Assembly: GCA_041667145.1 (NCBI GenBank)
Contig: JBAYFP010000005.1
Span: forward strand, 1-44,485
Length of the DNA stretch: 44,485 nucleotides
From: Minisyncoccota bacterium
GTDB taxonomy: Bacteria; Patescibacteriota; Minisyncoccia; Phycocordibacterales; UBA9973
Reading direction: 5' to 3'
Made by a program: the position numbers and the translations under genes. The notes beneath the pieces are model-generated. The model was not told the origin of the DNA. It did no database searches and saw only the letters and a program-made list of their open reading frames with translations. Shown here in pieces: positions 25,185 to 34,294 of the stretch. Each line of letters opens with the position of its first letter. The first letter of the stretch is position 1.

Positions 25185-25849
25185 ATATTTTTATAGTCTG
25201 TAAATATTGTTAATAATGGAACTTTTTTTAATATTTGCGCTGGCTGTTTTTTAATATCCATATCTTCTTCTATAAGTTTTTTTAATGTCTCCCATTTTTC
25301 TTGACCTCGTGCAAAAACTACTGCCTCGTCTAATTTCTCTATCGCTTTCGGTGTCATGGTGATACGAGAAAAAATAGGCGTGACATAACTACACGCCAAA
25401 TCATTTGAATTTATTGCTACGCTATCTGGTAAAATACCCGCAGTATGCCCATCTGCTCCGACACCAAACAAACCAATCTTATATTCTGCACTATTAAATT
25501 CTTCATTCAAATTAAAGTTAAATTTTTGAGCCGTAGTATCTAAATCATCACCAATTAAAACAGGAATCATTCTAGCTTGCGGTAAACTAAATCCGCTTTT
25601 TATTAATTTGAAATAATTAGAATCTTTATGCCCCACTACACCATACCTTTCATCAGTCAAAGTGACAACAAGATTTTTATGAGGATTTTTCCTAATGACT
25701 TCTGAAATTTTCACACAAACAGGAATAGAAGAACCACCTGTTACAAAAAATAAAACTCGTTTATTCAAGTTTAGTTGTTTTAAAATAGAGGAAGCAACAA
25801 AATTAGCAACTTCCTCAACTTCTGTCGTTGTTTTTACAGTAAAACTCAT
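25181..25849 (-). CDS. pgl: 6-phosphogluconolactonase
   Basis: Glucosamine-6-P isomerase/6PGL family with TGGSS, LTDERYG and GADGHTAG. 4-nt overlap with gnd. Confidence 0.8.
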   Translation of the reverse strand: MSFTVKTTTEVEEVANFVASSILKQLNLNKRVLFFVTGGSSIPVCVKISEVIRKNPHKNLVVTLTDERYGVVGHKDSNYFKLIKSGFSLPQARMIPVLIGDDLDTTAQKFNFNLNEEFNSAEYKIGLFGVGADGHTAGILPDSVAINSNDLACSYVTPIFSRITMTPKAIEKLDEAVVFARGQEKWETLKKLIEEDMDIKKQPAQILKKVPLLTIFTDYKNI

Positions 25850-25891
25850 AGACCCATTATAACAAATTTCAATAATATTAATTAACCTAAA

Positions 25892-27790
25892 TCACACCTT
25901 CTGAAAATTAAGCCTCAATGCATTGATTATAACAATCACGTCAAGAATTTCTTGTGCAAGAGCTCCAAATACAGGAGTAATATATCCAAGTAAAGCAAAA
26001 ACCATCAAAATCATACTCACCCCCATACCAAAGAAAATCCCTTGTTTAGCCAATCGCATAGCACTTTGAGCAATATGTAATGCATCATGCACTCTGTTTA
26101 TATTATTCACCATGATCACTACATCTCCCGTCTCAGACGCAGCTGTAGCTCCATGAGAAGCCATAGCGATGCCGACACTAGCGACAGCTAAAGCAGGAGC
26201 GTCATTGATACCGTCACCCACCATAGCCATCGGTCCATATTGTTCTTGTATTTTTTTTAGCCATTCCACTTTTTGTTCTGGTAATAATTCTGCCTGAAAT
26301 TCTGTGATACCGATACTCTTTGCAATATTTTCTGCTACAGCTTGTTTATCCCCCGTCAACATAATCATTTTTGACACATCATGATCCCTTATTGACTCAA
26401 ACATAGTTTTAGTCTCTGGCCTTATGATATCTGCAAATATAATATAACCCAACAATTCTTTTTCAGTACTCAAATACACCGCTGTATTTCCTTCTTGTTG
26501 AAAAATTTTATGTCTATCTTCGATCTCTTTTTTTATTATTACACCCTGACTAGCAATGTATTTTAATTTCCCAAAAAAATATAATTGATCTTTCAATTTA
26601 CCTTTTACTCCTTGTCCAAAAAATTCCTCAAAACTTTCTGGGTAATCTAACTCCAAAGATTTCTTTTGAGCATGCTGAATGAGAGACCTCGCAAAAACAT
26701 GAGCCGATATCTGATCGACTGATACAGCCACACGCAAAACTTCGTCTTTAGATAATATAGACACTGAAACGATTCCTGCTACTTCTGGAGTTCCTAACGT
26801 TAGAGTTCCTGTTTTATCAAAAACTAGACCTTTCACTTCGCCAAGTTTTTCTAGAGCTGTACTATTTTTTATAACAATCCCCCGACTAGCGGCCTTACTA
26901 ATACCAGAAATCATTGCTATCGGTGTAGCTAAAATCAAAGGACAAGGAGAAGCAACGACGAGTATTGCTAACACTCGAATAGGATCTTCAAATAAAATCC
27001 AAGCAGAAATGGCTACAACAAACGTAATGATGTTAAAAAATAAAGCATACCTATCTGCGAGTCGCACTACAGGAGCCTCTGCGTCTTGGGCTTCTTTGAC
27101 TAATTTAACTATTATTTGATATTTACTATCTATGCTATTTTTGATAGCACGAACTTCTAGAACTCGTTCTTCATTTACAGAACCACTATAAACCATAGAT
27201 CCAATTTTCTTTTCTACAGGCAAAGACTCTCCAGTAATAACAGCTTCATCTAAGTTTGATATGCCACTCGTCACTATCCCATCCACAGGTACGACTTCTC
27301 CAGGCTTAATAACTAAAATGTCACCAATCCTCACTTCTTCGACATCAATATCTTTTATTTTATTATTTTCTTGTTTTATATGAGCTATAGATGGCGCTTT
27401 ATTTAAAAGTTGTGTTAATTCTTTTTTAGCTCTGGCTTGAGCATAAGCTTCTAGCGCCTCTCCTCCTGAGAGCATGAGTAAAATAACCACACCTGCTAAA
27501 TATTGTTCAGCCCAAAAAGAAGCAAAGATAGCAACTATCGCTATGAGGTCAACTCCGATTTTCTTTTGAATTAAAGCTTTAATAAGTCTGAACAAAAAAG
27601 GTAGTGCACCTACCACTAAAGTGACAAACCAAACTTCGTTGTCTAAATTTTTATAATTAAAAAAATGTAATACTCCACCCAAAAGTAGCCCTGTAAAAAT
27701 AAAGATTGGAACTAAAATATCATATTTGAAAAAACTGATTTTCTTTTTCATTGGTCTAATAAAAATACCAGAAAAAGACAAATAATACAA
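25892..27790 (-). CDS. P1B-type heavy-metal-translocating ATPase (SPC motif, no N-terminal metal-binding domain)
   Basis: DKTGTLT, GDGINDAPAL, TM ASPCPL. The true start may be the ATG at 27751 (MKKKISFF...). Confidence 0.85.
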   Translation of the reverse strand: MYYLSFSGIFIRPMKKKISFFKYDILVPIFIFTGLLLGGVLHFFNYKNLDNEVWFVTLVVGALPFLFRLIKALIQKKIGVDLIAIVAIFASFWAEQYLAGVVILLMLSGGEALEAYAQARAKKELTQLLNKAPSIAHIKQENNKIKDIDVEEVRIGDILVIKPGEVVPVDGIVTSGISNLDEAVITGESLPVEKKIGSMVYSGSVNEERVLEVRAIKNSIDSKYQIIVKLVKEAQDAEAPVVRLADRYALFFNIITFVVAISAWILFEDPIRVLAILVVASPCPLILATPIAMISGISKAASRGIVIKNSTALEKLGEVKGLVFDKTGTLTLGTPEVAGIVSVSILSKDEVLRVAVSVDQISAHVFARSLIQHAQKKSLELDYPESFEEFFGQGVKGKLKDQLYFFGKLKYIASQGVIIKKEIEDRHKIFQQEGNTAVYLSTEKELLGYIIFADIIRPETKTMFESIRDHDVSKMIMLTGDKQAVAENIAKSIGITEFQAELLPEQKVEWLKKIQEQYGPMAMVGDGINDAPALAVASVGIAMASHGATAASETGDVVIMVNNINRVHDALHIAQSAMRLAKQGIFFGMGVSMILMVFALLGYITPVFGALAQEILDVIVIINALRLNFQKV

Positions 27791-27794
27791 CCTG

Positions 27795-28337
27795 CTATTC
27801 TTTATTATTCTTCAACCAAATTTGGCTATCATAGCCTATAAATACCCTGTTCTCTTTCGAAATCCCCAGCTTTTTTAAAAAATCAAATAATTCATTTTGA
27901 ACTTTTTCTCCATCTTCATCTGACATCTTTTCTACTTCTATAAAAGATCCGAGTCCTTTTACTTCATCCACACAAATCTCGTAACCTTTATAATCCCCTT
28001 TCATCCTTTTTTTATGCACTTCAATAGTTTTTTCAAATCCTAATAACTCTATAATATCTTTTAATATATTTTCATCACTCACATCAATTTCTTTTTCTAT
28101 ACAATCAAGCTCGCCACTACGATTCTTTTTCACTGTAAAAATAACTCTCTTGCCTTGCTTTCTAATACGTAAAACAGGAGTATTGTGACTATGATCTTTA
28201 AGATTCAAACCTTTTTGATTGTAGATATAATCATCCTGAATAATCGGGGCTGATAAAACACAACCTATCTCTTTAAGTTTAGAAATTAAAACGCCAACAT
28301 CTTTCACCCTCGCTTTTACCTCTATTTCGTGTTTCAT
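27795..28337 (-). CDS. CYTH-domain protein (CyaB-like class IV adenylyl cyclase / triphosphatase family)
   Basis: MKHEIEVKARV (ExExK motif). The start is moved to the internal ATG at 28337 because the upstream 33 codons look non-coding and overlap the divergent gene. Confidence 0.65.
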   Translation of the reverse strand: MKHEIEVKARVKDVGVLISKLKEIGCVLSAPIIQDDYIYNQKGLNLKDHSHNTPVLRIRKQGKRVIFTVKKNRSGELDCIEKEIDVSDENILKDIIELLGFEKTIEVHKKRMKGDYKGYEICVDEVKGLGSFIEVEKMSDEDGEKVQNELFDFLKKLGISKENRVFIGYDSQIWLKNNKE

Positions 28338-28448
28338 ATAGTTAAATGAAAGCCTCTTAACAATATTAAGAATTATATAATTGATGAGATTTTTTATCAA
28401 AAATATATTCATTTTCCTTTCATGTTTCATATGCAATCATATTCACAT

Positions 28449-28904
28449 ATGAAAGATATGTTAAAAATAGAAACACTTGCCCCGAATTTCAAACTTTTAG
28501 ACCAAAATGGAGAAGAACATTCACTTTCAGAATATCGTGGTTTTCACGTTCTTGTTTATTTTTATCCAAAAGATGATACCCCAGGGTGCACGAAAGAGGC
28601 TTGCGTCATAAGAGATATGTATAATGATTTCAAAAGTAATGATGTGAAAGTTTTTGGTATTAGTTCTGACTCTGTAGAAAGTCACAAAAGATTTGAAGAG
28701 AAATACAAACTTCCCTTTACTTTGTTGTCTGACCCAGATAAAGAAGTTATAAAAAAATACAGAGCTGACGGAGCTATATCAACAAAAAGAATTTCTTATC
28801 TAATAGGTCCAGATGGCGTGATAGAAAAAGTCTACCCAAAAGTAGATCCAGCACATCATGGTATCGAAATCTTAAAAGACATTACTGAACTCAAAAATAA
28901 ATAG
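28449..28904 (+). CDS. bcp: thiol peroxidase Bcp (peroxiredoxin)
   Basis: YFYPKDDTPGCTKEAC. Start uncertain (ATGs at 28422, 28431, 28449, 28458). Confidence 0.85.
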   Translation: MKDMLKIETLAPNFKLLDQNGEEHSLSEYRGFHVLVYFYPKDDTPGCTKEACVIRDMYNDFKSNDVKVFGISSDSVESHKRFEEKYKLPFTLLSDPDKEVIKKYRADGAISTKRISYLIGPDGVIEKVYPKVDPAHHGIEILKDITELKNK

Positions 28905-28920
28905 TCTTAATTTATAAGAA

Positions 28921-29541
28921 TTAACTCATTAAAACAATATCCCTCAACTCTTCCAAAGAATTAATTAAAAAATCTGGCTCTAGGGCCTCAAGCCTTTCTT
29001 TTGTACAAAAGCCCCATGTGACTGCTCCTGTTTTTATTCCAACTTTTTTCCCTACTTCTATCTCATGATTAGAGTCTCCAATAAAAATCGTTTCATCTAA
29101 TTTAAAATTATTATCTTCAATTACTCTACGAGTCGTCTCTTCTTTATCATAAGCTCTAAAAATAACTTCATTAAAGACACCATCAAGACCAAAACTCTTC
29201 ATCTCCTGTAAAAGAGTCTCAGGATTATCAGAACTTATAACCACTAAATTTTTACCTTGATTTTTAAATTCCTTTATTAAATCACTAATACCTTTATATT
29301 GTTTAACCTCAGGAATCTCTGAGATAGCCTTTCTATAAACATCAGCTTGTTGTTCAAATGTTATGTCAGGTAAGTACTTGTTGTAATAAAGCATAAATGG
29401 TTGACAATATTCTTCTCTTAATTCTTTTAAGGAAATCTCCTTTGCCCCAAAATGCTTAAAAATCTTGTTAGAAATAGTAAGATAATCTAATACACAATCC
29501 TTTATCACACCAGACCAATCGAAAATAATATTTTTTATCAT
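28921..29541 (-). CDS. HAD-superfamily hydrolase
   Basis: IIFDWSGVI (motif I), VISS, and IGDSNHEIEVGKK (motif IV). Confidence 0.65.
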   Translation of the reverse strand: MIKNIIFDWSGVIKDCVLDYLTISNKIFKHFGAKEISLKELREEYCQPFMLYYNKYLPDITFEQQADVYRKAISEIPEVKQYKGISDLIKEFKNQGKNLVVISSDNPETLLQEMKSFGLDGVFNEVIFRAYDKEETTRRVIEDNNFKLDETIFIGDSNHEIEVGKKVGIKTGAVTWGFCTKERLEALEPDFLINSLEELRDIVLMS

Positions 29542-29544
29542 AAA

Positions 29545-29793
29545 TTACAAAAGCCAGTAATTAATCACACCCAACAAAACAACGACAGTGATCATCAATG
29601 TGGTAATAAATGCACCAATTTGATTTGCATTCTTCCATGATTTATATGAACTATACAACCAAAAAGGTTGCGCCACTAAATTACTAACAAGCCCCCATTC
29701 TGGTAACTTTAGTGCTGTAAGTAAAAAGCCTAATAGTGTAAAAGAAAAAACACAAACCTGAACTAAGCCATTAAAATTAAAATATTTTTCCAT
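29545..29793 (-). CDS. small membrane protein (3 TM), unknown function
   Basis: 82-aa hydrophobic ORF, 3 nt from the HAD gene. Confidence 0.5.
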   Translation of the reverse strand: MEKYFNFNGLVQVCVFSFTLLGFLLTALKLPEWGLVSNLVAQPFWLYSSYKSWKNANQIGAFITTLMITVVVLLGVINYWLL

Positions 29794-29862
29794 AAGTTTA
29801 TTATAGCAAATTAAAACTTATTTGATAAAAAGCTATTTTTGTATTATTGTAAAGATAGCCAT

Positions 29863-29936
29863 TGGGAGATCGTCTAATGGTAGGACACCTCCCTCTGGAG
29901 GAGGTTATCCTGGTTCGAGTCCAGGTCTCCCAGCCA
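29863..29936 (+). tRNA. tRNA-Gln (anticodon CTG), CCA encoded
   Basis: TGGGAGA/TCTCCCA acceptor stem (U1-A72, G73), GTCT/GGAC D stem, CCTCC-CTCTGGA-GGAGG anticodon arm, CCTGG-TTCGAGT-CCAGG T arm. TTGATA-N17-TATTGT lies upstream. Confidence 0.9.
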
Positions 29937-29969
29937 ACACTTTTAACTATGTTTTGATATAATATTATT

Positions 29970-30512
29970 ATGAAAAAAGTTATTGGCATAGTAGGAGGAA
30001 TCAGCAGTGGTAAGGACACCGCCGCAAAATATATTTCAGAAAAATTAAATATTCCTGCATTTGAGATGAGCCAACCTTTAAAAGACATTGCTAGGGAAAG
30101 AAACATTGAACTTACTCGTGAAAATCTTGTCGCGTTAGGCACACCGTTAGCACAGGAATTTGGTGCTGATTATTTTGCAAAAATTTTATTAGGTAAAATC
30201 GATTCAGCAGGTATTTTTGCTGGAATGCGTCAAATCGCACAAATTGAATATCTTAAAAATAATAGCAATTTCATCTTAATCTCAATAGAAGCTGACCCAA
30301 AAATTAGATTCCAGAGAACTTTAGCTCGAGCAAAACTAGGAGAAGCAACAAATCTTGAGGAGTTTATAAGAAACGAAATAAATGAAAATTCTGGTGAAAG
30401 AATACAACGTCTATTTGAAATTATGAAAATGGCTGATATTCATATAGAAAATAATGGGAGTCTAGAAAATTTCTATAATCAAATAGATAACATAATTCTT
30501 AAACTACTCTAA
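29970..30512 (+). CDS. P-loop nucleotide kinase (dephospho-CoA kinase / dNMP kinase-like)
   Basis: IGIVGGISSGKDTAAKY Walker A motif; 180 aa. Confidence 0.5.
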   Translation: MKKVIGIVGGISSGKDTAAKYISEKLNIPAFEMSQPLKDIARERNIELTRENLVALGTPLAQEFGADYFAKILLGKIDSAGIFAGMRQIAQIEYLKNNSNFILISIEADPKIRFQRTLARAKLGEATNLEEFIRNEINENSGERIQRLFEIMKMADIHIENNGSLENFYNQIDNIILKLL

Positions 30513-30531
30513 TTTTTGGTACAATAAAATC

Positions 30532-30819
30532 ATGATTAAACACATTTTGCTTTTTAAATTTAAACAAGGAGTATGTGAAGAAGAAAAAAATAAAGGCATA
30601 GAAATGCTTAGAGCTTTGGAAGAAAAAGTCCCTGAAATTAAGGAATGGGAGATAGGAGTGCAGAGAGAAAAATCAGATAGACTCTATGATTTTGCCCAAG
30701 TGTCTTCTTTTGAAAATATTGAAGATATGAAAAACTTTGGTAAAAACCCTGAGCATGAAAAAATTAAAGCATATCTAAAAGAAAGAGCAGATTGGATAAA
30801 AGTAGATTATGATTTATAA
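30532..30819 (+). CDS. Dabb (stress-responsive alpha/beta barrel) domain protein
   Basis: MIKHILLFKFK start and 95-aa size are typical of Dabb. Confidence 0.65.
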   Translation: MIKHILLFKFKQGVCEEEKNKGIEMLRALEEKVPEIKEWEIGVQREKSDRLYDFAQVSSFENIEDMKNFGKNPEHEKIKAYLKERADWIKVDYDL

Positions 30820-30900
30820 TAATTAACCCTTATTTTCTGTCAAACAGGTTCCCACGTCGTACCAAACACCCAGCTCGTAAAAATTTGCTATAATATAAAC

Positions 30901-31008
30901 ATGAGAATGTTTAAAGATTACGTTGAATATTTGAAGCATAACTCGGAAGGTTATCAGTTCAAAAGAAAGCTTATGGTTTTGGATGGGTACCAATAAAATA
31001 GCAATGGG
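30901..31008 (+). pseudogene. possible decayed remnant of a small membrane-protein gene
   Basis: MRMFKDYVEYLKHNSEGYQFKRKL..., then a shifted frame reads AYGFGWVPIK. This resembles the FKRK-x-YGWGW-P N-terminal motif of small membrane proteins split by a frameshift. Weak. Confidence 0.25.
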
Positions 31009-31033
31009 GTCTTAAAAATAATAATTTTCTATT

Positions 31034-31609
31034 ATGAAAGAAAAAATAAACATAGGTTTAAACCAAGAAGATGAAAAATTACGAAAAGAAAAAGAAGAAC
31101 AAGCACTAAATGATGATGCGTGGTTGGAGGAATATAATAGATTGAATCCAAAACCAACAACTTTAAGAGAAGCTGGACCAGAAATTGCACAATTTGAGAA
31201 CATGGTTATTTCATTCGAATCAACTCATTCTCTTGAAGAATTGCACTCAATTGTGGATATTTCGCCAGATCTTTCAGAATTATTTCTCTTTACACCGATA
31301 CTAGCGGATCCTCTACGCATAGAAAAAGATATACAGACATACGAACACCATAATCCATTATACATACCAATATATAAAGAAAAAATTGCTAGATTACAAG
31401 CTCTTGTTCTTAGTCGTGAAGAAAAAAGAATGTATGAAATAAGAATGGCTGCTCGAAGAGATCTTGATGCTATTATGTCAGTGTTTCAGTCCATAAAAAA
31501 CAATACTAATGTCTCCCTAGAACAGCTAGAAGCATTAACTAAGAAATACAAACATTTATCAAATGCTGTAGGTATTGCAAGAAACAACAAAATAGATCAT
31601 AATCTTTGA
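31034..31609 (+). CDS. hypothetical protein
   Basis: 191-aa ORF, helical and charged. No family recognised. Confidence 0.5.
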   Translation: MKEKINIGLNQEDEKLRKEKEEQALNDDAWLEEYNRLNPKPTTLREAGPEIAQFENMVISFESTHSLEELHSIVDISPDLSELFLFTPILADPLRIEKDIQTYEHHNPLYIPIYKEKIARLQALVLSREEKRMYEIRMAARRDLDAIMSVFQSIKNNTNVSLEQLEALTKKYKHLSNAVGIARNNKIDHNL

Positions 31610-31689
31610 TTTAATTTAATCAAAAAAACGGTTCCAGTATTGTACCCAGACACTTAGCCAACTTTTTAAAAAGATGATATACTAAAATT

Positions 31690-31899
31690 ATGCAAAAAAT
31701 AGCAACACGAATTTTTATTTATTCATCAATTGTTTTTGGAATTATTGGCATTTTGGTTGTCATAACTGGTTCTGGATCAGATGCGCCAGATTCAAATGTA
31801 AGTAAAATACTTATTAGGCTCTTATTCGCAACTGTCTTTATCATATTGCCTTCATTTGCATTGAGTGTCGCAAGTAAATACCTAAGCGACAAATCCTAA
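31690..31899 (+). CDS. small membrane protein (2 TM)
   Basis: 69-aa ORF. TGATATACT (an extended -10) lies 6 nt upstream of the ATG. Confidence 0.5.
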   Translation: MQKIATRIFIYSSIVFGIIGILVVITGSGSDAPDSNVSKILIRLLFATVFIILPSFALSVASKYLSDKS

Positions 31900-31983
31900 T
31901 TTTAAAAATATATTCCAAAACCATATTAGATACCCAATAACTATCCTTGAATTTAATAAAAAATAGTTTATTATATAGAAAAT

Positions 31984-32604
31984 ATGGATAAGTATAAATT
32001 AATCTTATTAATAATTTTTATCCTTGCTTTTGCATGGTCTGGAATAAATCCACCAATCCCCTATTCATATTGGCTACTCGAAACTAGCCCAATACTTCTC
32101 GCAGTTTTCTTGTTTGCAATATTAGGACGTTATATTAAACTTTCAAATACTTCTTATACTCTAATCGTCATATATATGGTTTTTCCTCTCATAGCTTCAC
32201 ACTATGGAGTAACTGGTGTACCTTTCGGGGAGACAATTGGTCATTGGATGGGAATAACAAGAAACATGTACGACAGACTCACTCATTTTGCATTTGGATT
32301 TTTAGGATATTACCCCATATATGAATTCGTAATATCTATTAATAGAAAAGAAAGCAATTGGAATTATTATATTCCTTTTGAGACATTGCTTTCTTTTTCA
32401 GCCATTTATGAAATTTTTGAATGGCTTGTAGCAATAACTGTAAATCCTATCCTGGCTGCTTCGTTTTATGGCGCACAAGGAGATATCTTCGACACACCAG
32501 AAGATATGGCAAATGCTCTCGTAGGAGCTTTGATTGCTATGTTTATTGTTTTTATAGTCAGAAAATATAAAAATAAATCTATTCCTGAAACTTCTTTTTC
32601 TTAA
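31984..32604 (+). CDS. DUF2238 (YjdF-like) membrane protein
   Basis: About 200-aa multi-TM protein with an N-terminal ...WSGINP... segment and DRLTHFAFGF. Confidence 0.55.
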   Translation: MDKYKLILLIIFILAFAWSGINPPIPYSYWLLETSPILLAVFLFAILGRYIKLSNTSYTLIVIYMVFPLIASHYGVTGVPFGETIGHWMGITRNMYDRLTHFAFGFLGYYPIYEFVISINRKESNWNYYIPFETLLSFSAIYEIFEWLVAITVNPILAASFYGAQGDIFDTPEDMANALVGALIAMFIVFIVRKYKNKSIPETSFS

Positions 32605-34293
32605 CTATTTTTTCTTATTAATACAAGCTTTTATAAAAGCTGTAAAAAGAGGATGAGGTGAAAGTGGACGAGCTAAAAACTCTGGATGAAATTGGGTACC
32701 CAAGAAAAATGGATGCTTGCTTTTTGGCAACTCAGCTATCTCCATCAAATGTCCGTCTGGAGAACGCCCTGAAAAGACAAGCCCTTTGGCTTCTAAATCT
32801 GCAACAAATGCAGGGTTCACTTCGTATCGATGACGATGTCTTTCTTTTATTTCCCCGCCTGCAACACGATGCGTAGCATTGCGGGCAGGCTTTTGACCAT
32901 AATAAGCTTGACTTGCAATACTACCATCACGTAATACTGCTTTATATTCTCCAAGACGCATAGACCCTCCATAAGAATTATTTTTTAAAATTTCTTTTTG
33001 AGATTCCATCACATCTATCACAAGATTTTTAGAATTTGGATTTACTTCCCGAGTATTTGCATCTTTCAAACCCAAAACATTTCTAGCATATTCTATGACG
33101 ATCATTTGCATGCCATAACAAAGACCAAAATATGGAATCTTATTCTCACGAGCAAATTTTACTGCGCTTAAATTCCCTTCTACCCCACGTGAACCAAAAC
33201 CTCCAGGTATAATAATCCCATCATATTTTTTAAGCTCTTTTAATTTTGCAGGATTCTTTTCAAAATCTGCTGAATTGAGCCAAGTCATGACGGGCTTTCT
33301 ATTTTGAATATAACTTGAATATTTAATTGCTTCGATAACTGAGAGATAGGAATCAGACAAAATAAAATCTCCCGTCTCAAAATATTTACCGATCATCGCT
33401 ATCTTCACTATCTCCTTGCCATTGTGTGCATGTTTAGCAAATTTCTTCCAACTATTCCAAGCTTTCACATCTGACTTTTTAGAAGTAAGTCCCAACATCT
33501 CGCAAAGTTTTTCTGAAAGCTTTTCTCTTTCAAAATTAAGGGGAATATCATAAATACTGTCTACATCTGGAGCAGATATAACTCTATCGATCGGTATATT
33601 GCAAAAAAGTGAGATCTTCTCTTTTCTTTTATTATCCAGGCTCACATCCGCTCTCGCTATCAATATGTCTGGCTGTATACCTGAAGCATTCAATGTCCTC
33701 ACTGCATGCTGAGTAGGCTTCGTCTTCATCTCACCTATCTTTTGAGGTGTCGGTAAAAATGAAACCATAACAAAAAAAACATCTTTGGGAGAAGAAAGCT
33801 TCATCATTCTGGCAGCTTCTAAAAAAAGCATATTTTGGTATTCCCCTATAGTTCCCCCTATCTCAATGACGACAACATCAGCATTAGCATTTTTACCTGC
33901 TTTTTCAATACGCCCGATAACTTCAAGTGGAATATGCGGAACGACTTCTACACACTTTCCTTTGTATTCTAAATTGCGTTCTTTCTCTATGACTGATTTA
34001 TATACTCGGCCGGTAGTCATATAATTTACACGAGTCAAATTCAGATCAATAAATCTTTCATAATTACCCATGTCTTGATCCGTCTCATCACCATCAGCGA
34101 GCACAAAAACTTCCCCGTGTTCTGTAGGATTCATCGTCCCTGCATCTACATTAATATATGGATCTATCTTTATTGAAGTGACGTTTAATCCACGATTTTT
34201 TAAAATAAGCCCAAGTGAAGATGAAGTAACACCTTTTCCAACTCCAGAAATAACTCCTCCTATCACAAAAATATACTTCGTTTGTTTTGCCAT
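32605..34293 (-). CDS. pyrG: CTP synthase
   Basis: KYIFVIGGVISGVGKG, GLCYGMQ, RHRHRYEVN. Confidence 0.95.
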   Translation of the reverse strand: MAKQTKYIFVIGGVISGVGKGVTSSSLGLILKNRGLNVTSIKIDPYINVDAGTMNPTEHGEVFVLADGDETDQDMGNYERFIDLNLTRVNYMTTGRVYKSVIEKERNLEYKGKCVEVVPHIPLEVIGRIEKAGKNANADVVVIEIGGTIGEYQNMLFLEAARMMKLSSPKDVFFVMVSFLPTPQKIGEMKTKPTQHAVRTLNASGIQPDILIARADVSLDNKRKEKISLFCNIPIDRVISAPDVDSIYDIPLNFEREKLSEKLCEMLGLTSKKSDVKAWNSWKKFAKHAHNGKEIVKIAMIGKYFETGDFILSDSYLSVIEAIKYSSYIQNRKPVMTWLNSADFEKNPAKLKELKKYDGIIIPGGFGSRGVEGNLSAVKFARENKIPYFGLCYGMQMIVIEYARNVLGLKDANTREVNPNSKNLVIDVMESQKEILKNNSYGGSMRLGEYKAVLRDGSIASQAYYGQKPARNATHRVAGGEIKERHRHRYEVNPAFVADLEAKGLVFSGRSPDGHLMEIAELPKSKHPFFLGTQFHPEFLARPLSPHPLFTAFIKACINKKK

Positions 34294-34294
34294 T

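Noticed and set aside
29801-30142. 113-aa minus-strand ORF.
   Set aside because: It overlaps tRNA-Gln and the 5' end of the well-supported plus-strand P-loop kinase gene. It is an antisense artefact.
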